Shown: positions 34,626 to 46,266 of the stretch, piece by piece | How the letters are laid out: each line of letters opens with the position of its first letter | Numbering within the stretch: position 1 is the stretch's first letter | Assembly: GCF_001194135.2 (NCBI RefSeq) | Contig: NC_068982.1 | Location: forward strand, 30,624,905 to 30,671,307 | Source of the DNA: Octopus bimaculoides | Lineage: Eukaryota | DNA length: 46,403 nt | Reading direction: 5' to 3' | The notes under the pieces: model-generated | The model's input: only the letters and a program-made list of their open reading frames with translations | The model's database searches: none | Told to the model about the DNA's origin: nothing | Program-made: the position numbers and the translations under genes

Positions 34626-36064
34626 GCCATCTTCACTTTTGAGGTCATCATGCAAGACTATGAGTCTTGGGGTAAGTAGGGGGTTAGCTTTATGCTTGGT
34701 GATGAGAAGATTACTATGAAAGGAAGGGGAAGAACAGGTTCCTTTGAACAGCTTTCAGATATCAGTTGGATTAAGAATTCATTTTATGCACAAATTAAAA
34801 AAAAATTTGATCTTTCATATTTTTGAAGTCAATAAGTTGAATCAAAAAAATTGTGCCTGTTCTGGATCTTTGCATTTTGAGTTCTAATCCTGCTAAAGCC
34901 TACATGTATGGTAGACTTAATCTGTCCCTGTTTTAACACTGTTACCTGGATCTTTGGTTGCTTTAGTAGAGTTCCCTCTGTTGCAAGCATTATGGCTGTC
35001 TCCAGTTTGAGGATACCCTCTTAAACAATTCGTTGACGCCCTGTAAAAGGGTTATGAACACTACCTTCCATCCTGACTATGGGATAGAAAACTACCTTGT
35101 GCTGTTGTTGTTGAATTGTCCCAGGTTAGCCCTGAAGCAAAACCTACAATGAAAGGCATGACAGCTGTGATTATCCCATCTTTTTTAAGAGTTATCTGGG
35201 ACTGCATTAGCAAATATACCTTTCTTTATCTAAGAGTGTAGCTGCTATCTTTGGAATGTCAAACAATTGCATAAAAATTCCAAATATGTACATCATAGAG
35301 ATAGATTTTGTAGTATCAACTCAAACTACTTGAAAACTCACTCATTTAAAAAAAAAAGATAGACGTTTGGTTTTCCAAGATGCCGATTGATGTTTGCGAA
35401 AGCAGTTAGTTGTAAATGTGAATCTATAATAATTTTTTTTGTAGTAAAATGTTTGCTTTGATATTGAAAATAATTCTGTTAAGTAGATATATATCTGGGA
35501 AATTTGTTAATATAAGGAGATGAGAATATGGCAGACAATATTCTTCACTTATGCTGCTGCTGTGATTATCCTTGTATAACTGGTCTACTTTTAGTTGTAG
35601 ATTTATTGTATGAAGTAAAAAAAAATTGTGGTGTGGGGAGCAACAAACAAATCCATGTTTATAGAATATATGTTTCTCCTTCTGAAAAGGACATTAACAC
35701 CACTCAGTTTTTTCATATCTACTAAATTTATACTTTCTGACAGATGACTAACATTCACCCTGATTATAATAATCTGTTAAATCCTGATCTGGTTTTTATA
35801 GATCTGAGGCATGGACTCAGTTGCTTGGTAAGTGAGAGCAAACAACAGAACATGGTACATGCAAGTCCTGAAAATCTGTTTGGTAGCTTGTTGGATAAAT
35901 GATTAAGTTTTGCAGGAGATGAATGCTAAACAAAAACTGATGGTGATAGCTAGGAAGCAAAATTGTAACATTTTGGTCATGTTATCAGGTTCTGAACTTT
36001 TTTGCCCACATCCTCAGAGGCTTGGGGAACAGAATAAAGGTTTGTATTCAACTAAGATGAAGAT

Positions 36065-36230
36065 GGAATGATGATATCAGGGACTGGATCAGGAAAATTC
36101 TGGTGGAGTGTACAGCTGCAGCAGAAGATTGCCGTGTTGGGTGAGAAATAGTGGTTGCATCTGAGGCCCTTGGTTTTTAACTTTGCTGGAAGGCATAGTC
36201 ATCCCATCATTAAAATAAATACTTTGTAAA
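36065..36230 (-). mobile_element. CR1-type LINE extreme 3' coding remnant
   Basis: Minus strand PSSKV...GPQ...ccagtccctgat, resembling CR1 GPQLFN...VPD; collinear with 36770-37090. Confidence 0.35.
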
Positions 36231-36254
36231 TAATTTTCTGGTACTGAAAGGCTC

Positions 36255-36400
36255 AGACATTGCAGTGTAGTTAAGAAGCTTTCTGCCCAACCATCTGGTC
36301 TTAGGTTCAGCCCAACTGCAATATGCCCTGGCATGTGTCTTCTATTTTAGTCATGGGTTGATCAAAGCCTTGTGAGTGAATTTTGTTGAAACACAAAAAG
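36255..36400 (+). mobile_element. SINE family A 5' half, decayed
   Basis: gtgtagttaagaagc...ggttcagccc...gtgtcttctatttt...atcaaagccttgtgagtgaattt. Confidence 0.65.
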
Positions 36401-36769
36401 GCACATCATCTATATATATAAAATCCTCCGTATGTGTGTGTGTGTGTATGTTTTCTCTATGCACGGCCAAACCGCTGTCTTAATTCCTTCATTCCTCAGA
36501 TCCTGTAAATCCCATCTGACCTCCCTTATGAATTTAAACAGCTCCAGTTCCCAGTGAAGTTTTGCTATGTCCATAAATAAATCTCAAGCACAATCTCTCA
36601 ACGTTGCTGGACCTTGCTTCTCTCATGGGCAATTATATGTAGGATGTTCTTGAGTTGGAAGTCCTAAAACACTTTTTCTTTGTACACCAATTAAAGGACA
36701 CGCTGAAAACATTGTATTTTTAGAAAATTTACAAAATTAAACTGTGATTGATTTCAGGATGATAATGAT

Positions 36770-37090
36770 TATCGCCTCGAGTTCCATCGTTAATTTTACA
36801 CTGTTTGGTGACCACAGTTGGAAGCAGTAATCCAGACAGCTGAGGATGAAAGTCCCCCAGAGGACCATCATGGTTTCCTGTTCATACATTTTGAAAGTTT
36901 GAAGAATCCATCCAGCCAAGTGTCTGCATTTTATTGCCAACTTAGTAATATGCACCTGGAAAGATGCATCATTACTCATGTTGAAGCCCAGGTCATGCAC
37001 TTGGAATTCTCCAGCATTAAACTGCATGCTATTTTTCTCAGTCACCTGTATATCACATCCAACTCCTGTTGCAGATGCGCAACATTGCCG
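36770..37090 (-). mobile_element. CR1-clade LINE fragment (post-RT region)
   Basis: NSMQFNAGEFQ...DLGFNMSNDASFQVHITKLAIKCRHLAGWILQTF...LSCLDYCFQLWSP...ELEAI is a classic CR1/L2-group motif string. Confidence 0.85.
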
Positions 37091-37158
37091 GGGTTCTGTA
37101 TCCTCTGAGAGACTGTTATATCATTTGCATAGTTAGAAAGGGTGGCTACTTAAGCATA

Positions 37159-37296
37159 ATGATGACAACAATGATGACAACGACGATGATGGTGGTGATG
37201 ATGATGATGATAGCGATTATGATGATGATAGCGATTATGATGATGATGAGGATGATGATGATGATGACAACAATGTCGATGATGACAATGATGATG
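37159..37296. repeat. (GAT)n trinucleotide array
   Basis: Direct reading. Confidence 0.9.
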
Positions 37297-38092
37297 GGGT
37301 ATAATTTTGTTGAAACAAATGTAAATTAGCAGTTTCTGTCAGTCTAGAGATTATATAACTGTTATTTTATTTTTATAGTAAGACATATCTTTTCCAATAT
37401 GTCATACATTTCTGTTTAAAATAGTACAATATGATCATTAGGAGATCTGGTAGGCATTGCTAACTAGTTCAATAACCATTTAGCCAATCTCTCATTGGTT
37501 CGCCCAAAAGAAACCCCTGTTATTTATCCAATGCAGCTTTTACTGTCTCATGCTATTTCAATGATACAGTTGATGATTATTATACTTGGATAATTATTTA
37601 AACACATGTCTCTGACAAGTAAATGCTTTTGAACCGAGAAATCCATTTTGCTAGCAGCATTACATCATGGATGTTCCATGGAAACTATTCTAAACTTGCC
37701 CAACTAAGATAAATAAGCAGAGAGGTGAGAAGTAAATAAAGGAATATATAGATATGCTTTGGAAATGCATTGTGAAATACACATAGAATAAAAATACGAA
37801 ACAACAGAAAAAAATATACCTGAGAAAATAACAAACAAGGTAATATTAAACAAAACTGGCCCAAAAGCAATCAATAAATATTTTTAAAAGCTACATGTAT
37901 AACTACATCTCTTTCTGTCTTACTCTATTTTCCTCACAGTGTATGTGTGTGTGTGAGTGTGTGTATGTATAGATATAGATATAGATGTATTGTTAGATAC
38001 AGATAAGGAAATAATTTATTCTCAAACACAGAAATGCTGATAGAACAGCAGGAACCAAATAAAATATCCATATTTTGTAGAAAAAATTTGTC

Positions 38093-38168
38093 AGCAGCCA
38101 GCCACGAGACTCAAACTCACTTCTCTGTGATTACCGGTCAAGTGCTTCACCAATTAAGCTAAACTGCC
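38093..38168 (-). pseudogene. tRNA-Thr(GGT)-like pseudogene
   Basis: Minus strand GGCAGTT-TA-GCTT aattggtg AAGC-A-CTTGA ccGGTaa TCACA-GAGAA-GTGAG tttgagt CTCGT-ggct-GGCTGCT: perfect D stem, recognisable T and acceptor stems, T6 run 6 nt downstream. Confidence 0.55.
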
Positions 38169-38312
38169 CACTGACAAATTAATCCACAATTTTTAAACTT
38201 ATTTTTAAACTAGCATACAAGACGCTGTATGTTATCTTACAATACATCTCAACTCTTCTAAAAGCAAACTTTGTTTACATCTATCATAATTTGAATTTAG
38301 CATACAGCACCC

Positions 38313-38355
<43 letters not shown>

Positions 38356-38859
38356 TATGCAAACACATATGCACATGTATATGGATGGTTGAGCAGGTTG
38401 CATTGAGCTTGAGGATTATGTTGTGCTCCAGTATCTACTTGGTGTCGTTTTCATGACTGTGTGCCCATCATAATGCCAACCAATTTATAAAGAATAGTGG
38501 GTGTTTTTTCTTTAGCTCTAGTGAAGTCACCTCATAACTTGTAAGACCAAGGGCCAAAAATGTCTCCCATGACTGAAGAAGAATAGAAGTGCATACATGA
38601 TGATTCTATGCAGTGTGATGAGACAGAAAGAGAGAGTGAGAGTGAGAGGGAGAGAGATAGAAAGAGGGAGAGAGAGTAAAGTTTGTTGGTGGTACAGATT
38701 TATATTTGACAGCATGTGGTAATGGAGAAGAAGCATGAAAGTGACAAGGAAATGTGAAGGGATTAGTGTCAGGGGTTATTGAAAAGGGCATTAGAGTTCC
38801 ACACAGAAATAAATGATTGATTTTTTTTTGAAGCAGAACTATTTCTATCTTTATCATTT

Positions 38860-39070
38860 GTTTTCTACTATAGGCACAAGGCCTGGAGTTTAGTGGGTAG
38901 GGGACTAACTGATTACACCAACTTCAGTGCTCAAATGGTACATATTTTATTGACCCCAAATAAATAAAAGGAAAAGTTGACCTGAGTGAAATTTGAACTT
39001 ACAGTATACAGCCATATGAAATGCCATGGAGCATTTTGTCCAGTGTGCTAATGATTCTGCCAGTTCACTG
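38860..39070 (-). mobile_element. SINE family B
   Basis: ttctactataggcacaaggcc...ttgacccc...aaagttgacctgagtgaaatttgaact...gctaatgattctgccag. Confidence 0.75.
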
Positions 39071-39589
39071 CTTTTGGAAGCAATATTAATATTGCAGCAC
39101 AAGGTTCAATTAACATACAGTATATACACATCGCAAATTCAAATCTGATGGTGTAGAACTCTAATGCTTTAGACTGGCAGTAAAGTCTATATAAATGTAT
39201 GTTGTCTGCTATAAAAAGGTCAGTACAGAAGTCAAAATCACTCCACATCCTGAAGATGTGGCTGAGAGAGTTTGGAAGTGCTGATAAATAGGAATTCAGG
39301 AACATTAATATTCCAAATGGTCAACAAAGATTTGATATGCAGATATGAAAAACAATTATGATAAAAGAGATAGTACTTAATCATGTTTTTAAAATATCAT
39401 GTCTAAAAGAAAAGCAGTTCTCCACATATACAAATACACAAAACACAACCCCCACCCACATGTATACGTATATATATAGAGAGAGATTAGCTATATATTT
39501 ATACCTAGATGTAGCTTTATCAATCTATATGTCTACATCTATCTATTGATCTATATTTTATATCTCTATATATTCATATTATATATATA

Positions 39590-39607
39590 AACCTATATAT
39601 ATTCATG

Positions 39608-39639
<32 letters not shown>

Positions 39640-39734
39640 CAAGATATATTCATGTTATATATATATACATATATATGCATAGATACACATACATATATAT
39701 ATATATATATATACATACATACATATATATATGC

Positions 39735-39801
<67 letters not shown>

Positions 39802-39902
39802 TACATACACATACATATGCATATATATATATATTTATAGATATATATATATTTATACATATACATATATATATATAAATATATACATATACACATATGT
39901 GC

Positions 39903-39940
<38 letters not shown>
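39590..39940. repeat. Long (AT)n/(GT)n microsatellite
   Basis: Direct reading. Confidence 0.95.
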
Positions 39941-39944
<4 letters not shown>

Positions 39945-40305
39945 ACTTATGTATTTCTTCTCAAGAATGTAGATAGAAAAGATGTTTCTTCTTTGCATAA
40001 GCACAGATAAAAATGTTGGAAAGAAAACAACCAAAGCCAAAACAGTGCAACGTGAACCAAACTGTCAACTATGATATTCTGTTATGGAGCAATAAATCAA
40101 CTTGGTTTAAGTTTGATGGTTCATTAGCAACTAGAAATAATAACATTAACTGGATAGAATTTTCATATTGCCAAGTTTTGGCCAATGAAACAGTAAAAAT
40201 GGAAACAGCAATAACAGCAGTAACATAACGAAAACGATAACATGAAAAAGAGCAACAGTAACAAGACTGTATATAATTATACATACATATACATATACAT
40301 ATATA

Positions 40306-40339
<34 letters not shown>

Positions 40340-40595
40340 TATATATATACATATATATGTAATTATATATATATACATGATTATATATATTTATATGTAT
40401 ATATATATATNNNNNNNNNNNNNNNNNNNNNNNNNNNNNNNNNNNNNNNNNNNNNNNNNNNNNNNNNNNNNNNNNNNNNNNNNNNNNNNNNNNNNNNNNN
40501 NNNNNNNNNNNNNNNNNNNNNNNNNNNNNNNNNNNNNNNNNNNNNNNNNNNNNNNNNNNNNNNNNNNNNNNNNNNNNNNNNNNNNNNNNNNNNNN

Positions 40596-40630
<35 letters not shown>

Positions 40631-40689
40631 ACACACACTCACACACACACACACTCACACACACACACTCACACACACATGCAGTAATA

Positions 40690-41230
40690 TGAACAACAAA
40701 AACACCAGAAATAACAATGCTAATAACAACTCCAAAATCAACAATAACGACAACAACACCAACAATAATTTTTGCGACTAACAACAATCACATTAGCAAC
40801 AACATCAAGAACATTAGACACAACAGCAGCAGTAACAACAGGCAAGAACCGCAAGAACCAGTTAGCAACATGCTCAACATCAACAGCGATAACCGCAGCA
40901 AAATCCAATGAAAAAACAACAACAACAATAACAAGAACAACCACCGCAGCAGCAACAGCAGCAGCAGCAGAAATATTAACAACAACAACAACAGCAATAA
41001 TAAAATTGTTGAGAGTAATAAAAAAAAGACATTGCAAAAACAACATATATTACAAACCAAAGGAACAGCAATAAATATTTTAAAAATGAAAATAATTATT
41101 TCAGAAAATAAGAATGTTGTTGATGTATTAGTTGATGTTCCTGCCATCATTATCATCCTCATCATCGTCGTTGTCATCGTTATTGTTGTTGTTGTTGTCA
41201 ACATTGTTTGTTTTATTGTTGTTGTTGTTC
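40690..41230. repeat. (AAC)/(CAG)/(GTT) degenerate trinucleotide arrays
   Basis: Direct reading. Confidence 0.85.
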
Positions 41231-41627
41231 GTTTATATAATTTTTATCTAAAATGATGTTTGTTTCATTGTGGGTTTGATTAGATATGATTGTTATTTCT
41301 CTCGGCATGTTCCATTGAAGAAATGCATACCAGTTTTGGAGTGTTCCACAAGATTTCTCAACACAAAAAAAAAGAAACACTCACCTCCATCATCTACAGA
41401 TTGCCTGAAGCTGTGACATCATCATCTCCTCTCATAACTAATCAAAACTGGCAAATCATCCCTTAATCTGCCTGCCTGACATACAAAAACATTACACAAC
41501 AACGTTTGAAAGCTATTGCTGCTGCTGCTACTGCTGGAAAAGAAGATGACAATGGAGGTAAAAGAGTCTGTGACAATGTTATATTTGCGAGTCCAGCAAT
41601 ATAATCAGAATTTCTTATTGTTGTAAC

Positions 41628-41800
41628 CATCATCATCATCATTACACCCACAATGAGGACCACCACCACTACTACCAGCATCGCTGTCATTGTCATCATT
41701 ATCCTCCTCCTCCTCCTCCTCCTCCTCATCATCATCATCAACACCACCACTGCCAGTATCACAATCATCATCATCATCATCATCATCATTGCTGCAGTTC

Positions 41801-41831
<31 letters not shown>

Positions 41832-42142
41832 CTTCTTCTCCTTCTCCTCCTCTTCCTTCTTTTCTTCTTCTTCTTCTTCTTCTTCTTCTTCTTCTTCTTC
41901 TTCTTCTTCTTCTTCTTCTTCTTCTTCTCCTCCCACTTATTCAATGTGGTCATTGTTGTAGCTATTTTCACTGTCGTTGTTGCTATCGTTGTTGTTGTTG
42001 TCATTGTCGCCACCTTCATTATTGCCGTCATTGTTGTGATAGTGGCGGTGGTGATGACGATGATGATGATAATGATGACAACAACAATGATGATGATAAT
42101 GATGATGATGATGATGATAATGATGATAATGATAACGATCAT
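41628..42142. repeat. (CAT)/(CCT)/(CTT)/(GTT)/(GAT) compound trinucleotide array
   Basis: Direct reading; includes a homopyrimidine (CTT)n tract at 41802-41933. Confidence 0.95.
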
Positions 42143-42499
42143 AATCTATATCGCAATTAAAAAAAAATAAGCGTATGATTTGCCCTAACCATACTGGTCA
42201 GATTTAGATGGGTGTGTAGAAAAACACACCTGATTATATTTCTGCAACACTTTCATGATTTAAGCCTTGTATTCCCATGTCCAATTATATAGATGATGTA
42301 AACGATAAATGAGGAAAATAAAGTAGTTTTGCTGCATGAATCACATGGATCACATGTAGCTTGCAGAATGTTATGTTGTAGTTGTATTTTTTTCTTTTGG
42401 AAGGTTCAGTTCCTGATTGAACTGACCTACAATCAAGGGTATTTCAACTAAATAAATATGTGTCCAACTAGATCAAACTATAAACATTTAAAGAACACA

Positions 42500-44930
42500 A
42501 ACACACAAAACTAACTTCTCACTTGGGAGTTAACTGCTCTCAATCTAGGAATAGGGGCAACTCACTTATAAGAAATACTAGAAGAAACCAACCTAGATTT
42601 AGGAGTAATTATTTCTCCCTGGCAACTAGAAACATCCAAGGGACTTCTACCCCTCATTGAAGAAACTCGACCTATGGAATTCCAACTTATTTACCCAGAC
42701 AGCAAAACCAACTTCTCAGCATTGAACCACGTACTTCAAACCAGTTTACCCAGACAACAAACCCAGCCTGCCAACAATCTGAATATAATTAATAGCACAG
42801 ATAATTTCTACCAATCAAATTACTGTAAACATTTTTCAAACTGAGTGGAGAGAAACAGGGGCACACATTGGAACAAAACATACAGGAGAAACCCAAAGTA
42901 ATAAATTTATCAAAGAAAACTCTCTCTGCAAAAAATCAGCATACTAGCTAAAGAGTTAAAATTTACCCCAACCCCACGAAGATCTAACCAGAATGAAATT
43001 AAAGACAATATTTTGGAATTCTGCAGAAAACTACGACTCACAGTAGCACGAACTAACTACAGCAAGAAGGATGAATCACTGGTTAGAAACTGAAGCAATT
43101 ATCTTCCACCTGAAGGTAGGAACAAGACATTAGATGACTTCTGCGACCATATCCCAAATTTCCCAAATACTTTCCATCAACGAAAAATTAATTCAAACCT
43201 CAGCAATCTAGAATGGAAAAATCTAATTAAACTACAAAACAACAAAGAACTGACAATTAAAGAAGCAGACAAAGGAAGTGCTGTAGTCCTAATGGACACG
43301 GAATACCACAAATATCTAGTATTATCCATGCTAGAAAACGACATCTTCTACAAAAAAGTTGTAAACTATAAACACCAAAAAGCAATGAAAAATCTTGCAT
43401 CCTTAATTCTTCTACATGGAAAAGGCCTGACAGAAAAAAAGAAATAGATTATATCACGAACTTTAAATTTAAACCCAATCTTTTTTACAGCCTACCTAAA
43501 ATACACAAGAACAAGATAGTTAATGAAACCTGCAAACAATCACCAGGCAAATACATAAATATCCTAGAGCCAGAAGATTTAAAGTAAAGACTCATTATAG
43601 CTGGCCCAGAATAGAAGTAATAAAATTCTGGCTGAAAAAGTATTCTGAAGTACTTCGGGAATGCATAAACTAGGTTTTTATAATTGAAACTTTAAAATTT
43701 ATACTTCAGAACAATTATTTCCTATTTGATGACACATACTATCGTCAAAAATGTGGAACTGCAATGGGAACGAAAGCAGCCCCTGTTCTTGCAAACCTAA
43801 TAATGGGATATATTTGAATTTACCATATATGAAGTGTTACTACAAAAATATGGATAACCATTTCACTATTATATAATAGAGAACTGGAAAAGATTCCTGG
43901 ACGACTGCTTTATCATTTGGAAGGAAACCATTGATGAACTTTTGGAATTTAAATCAATACAAATTAATATAAACCTTAAAATTCAAACAGCTCCCTTTCT
44001 TGGATATTATGATAAAAAGTCAACAACCAAATTGTAACTGATATTGATCGTAAACCAACAGACTCAAAGCAATATTTCCTGTTTAGCTCATGCTACCTGC
44101 AGCACATCAAAAGAAATTTCCCCTTTAATTTAGCAAAAAGGATTTTCACAATAGTGTCTGATGGAAATACTTGGCATGTTCATCTTCAAGACCTCAGAAC
44201 AACACTAACTGAAAGTCAATATCCACCCTCACTTATCGACGATGTAATTAAGCATGTTAAGAAATTAGGTATTAAAACACTAAGGGTAACAAAACCTAAC
44301 ATCATACCTCATCTCAATACAATACTGTATATATCAACTCATAACCCTAGTAACAATGAGGCATACAACACTATGGTGCAAAATCTACCTATGCTCACCA
44401 GGGATCCAAAAATGAACAACATCCAGAAAACACATAAATTCATCAAATGCAAAGAGAAACACAAATTGCTGAAAAGACTCCTAACAAATGCGAAACTTTA
44501 TGCAACAACCACGAAACCAATGGTTAAAAAATGTGGATACCCAAACAGTGGAACATGCCCCAACCTACTGGAAGACTTGGAATTCCTATTTAAACAAGGA
44601 GAGAGGTTCACAATTAAAATCAACTTCACTTCTACTTCCAAGAATCTAATTTATGCTTAAACCTGTTCAGGTTGTGGACATAACTATATAGGACAGACAA
44701 GTATGACACTGAGACAAAGAACCACACTACATAAAGAACAGATCCAGTTCCTGCAAAACAGACAGATTCCTTTAAGTAAATTTCATAGAGATGTGTGCAA
44801 GTAATATCCAACCAAACTTTACAGTTTTCCCATCTACCAGTGCAAAGAGACAATTTTTGTACAAGAATGTTTAAATAAATAAAATTTGTTCATCGAAAAA
44901 TACAGAATACATCTAAATATGAAGGCATAA
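42500..44930 (+). mobile_element. Penelope-like retroelement, decayed RT + GIY-YIG ORF
   Basis: Ordered motifs: KVINLSKKTLS (~42895), EFCRKLRL, EADKGSAVVLMD (43262-43297), GTAMG (43755-43769), WKRFLDDCFIIW (43885-43920), PFLDI, RKPTDSKQY, KKCGYPNSGTCP, NLIYA*TCSGCGHNYIGQTS (44643-44702), stop at 44928-44930. Many frameshifts/stops and an internal deletion near 43610. The 5' boundary is uncertain. Confidence 0.92.
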
Positions 44931-45198
44931 CCGACATTGGTCTCAGTATATATTTTAATTCATGATCACACACACTGTACATATTTCATCTCACTACTTT
45001 ATCTTTTGAGTTTTCGTATATATATTTATCCCCCACCTATAAAAGATGGGCAATTACCTCCTCTGTCCTCAATAATAATGATCACCAATTATCTCCCCTT
45101 AGATTTTTCTACCTGTTGAATCATTCATTCACAAACTTCTCCACACACAACATGGACTAAAATCTTCATAAGAAAATATGAAATTACAATAATTTCAC

Positions 45199-45226
45199 TG
45201 TCTAGCAGATGCGAAACTAGTCGACA
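45199..45226 (+). ncRNA. Broken hammerhead remnant downstream of the Penelope ORF
   Basis: tgtc-ta-gca(ga)tgc-GAAAC-TA-GTC-gaca: stem I, short stem II, GAAA and palindromic stem III present, but CUGANGA is mostly deleted. Confidence 0.3.
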
Positions 45227-45510
45227 AACACAATACTCTTTCACTTATAAAATGTATGAAAAATATATCAAAATTATGTAAACTGTGTGCATTTTCCTTT
45301 TTTTATTTTATATATTTATTTTTTGCATTACAACTCGTCACGTGGGGATAATCGAAATTTTCCTCCTCCCTTCTTGTTCTGCTCTGTAAGAATTTTGTCC
45401 TATATATGCTGTTCTATCAGTACTTACGTGTTGAAAAATATATCTTTCTACTTATACAACAATATATTTCAGCGCTTCAAAAACAAACTTATGTTTGTTT
45501 ACATATGATG

Positions 45511-45546
<36 letters not shown>

Positions 45547-45600
45547 GTATATATATGTGTGTGTATGTGTGTGTGTGTGTGCATGTGTATGCACATGTGC

Positions 45601-45779
45601 CTGTGTTTGTCTTCCATCATTGCTTGACAACTGGTATTGTGTTTATATTCCTGTAGTAGTTTGGTGAAAAAGACCAACAAAAGAAGTACCTGACTTAAAA
45701 AGAAAATAATTTCATTCAACTAGATTTCTTCAAGGCATGGCCACAGTCTAATGACTGAAACAAGTAAATGACAAAAGAT
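45601..45779 (+). mobile_element. SINE family A 3' half
   Basis: tgtgtttgtcttccatcattgcttgacaactgg...gcatggccacagtctaatgactgaaacaagtaaa. Confidence 0.75.
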
Positions 45780-45891
45780 TGTGTACCTTGATCTATATCA
45801 ACATACATCTGTTTTTTTAAGACAGTAGGATTTGATTGAAGGCACACACACACACACACAAACAAACACACACACATGTATATGCATATAT

Positions 45892-46052
45892 AGGCACAGG
45901 CATGACTGTGTGGTAAGAAGCTTGCTTCCCAACCACATCGTTCCAGATTCAGTCCCACCATGCAGCACCTTGGGCAAGTGTCTTCTACTATTACCTCGGA
46001 CCAACCAGAGCATTGTGAGTGGATTTGGTAGACAGAAACTGAAAGAAGCCTA
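45892..46052 (+). mobile_element. SINE family A 5' half
   Basis: ggcacaggcatgactgtgtggtaagaagcttgcttcccaaccac...gcaccttgggcaagtgtcttctac...gaaactgaaagaagcc. Confidence 0.85.
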
Positions 46053-46266
46053 TATATAAAAAAATTCAAATACCATGACAAATTGTTTCACAACCCAAAG
46101 CCTGATAATAGATAAATCACTTACATACCTACATTAATGCAGAAAGATAGCTTAAAGAATTTTTTATGGTTACTAGCAGATTACTTGAATCCATATATTG
46201 TGACCTAAATATATATGTATATAATTTTCATTATTATATATATGTGTATATATATATATATATACA

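Noticed and set aside
40013-40228. 71-aa [15 protein letters not shown]... in unique sequence
   Set aside because: Length is within chance expectation, with no recognisable motif or splice context.
1143-40787. ORFs made of X runs and YI/HT/CV repeats
   Set aside because: They are translations of N-gaps and dinucleotide microsatellites, with no coding signal.
40717-42170. Poly-T/N/L/S/K/D ORFs
   Set aside because: Trinucleotide low-complexity artefacts.
44154-44660. 168-aa ORF as a possible host gene
   Set aside because: It is a surviving in-frame piece of the Penelope RT thumb/linker region.
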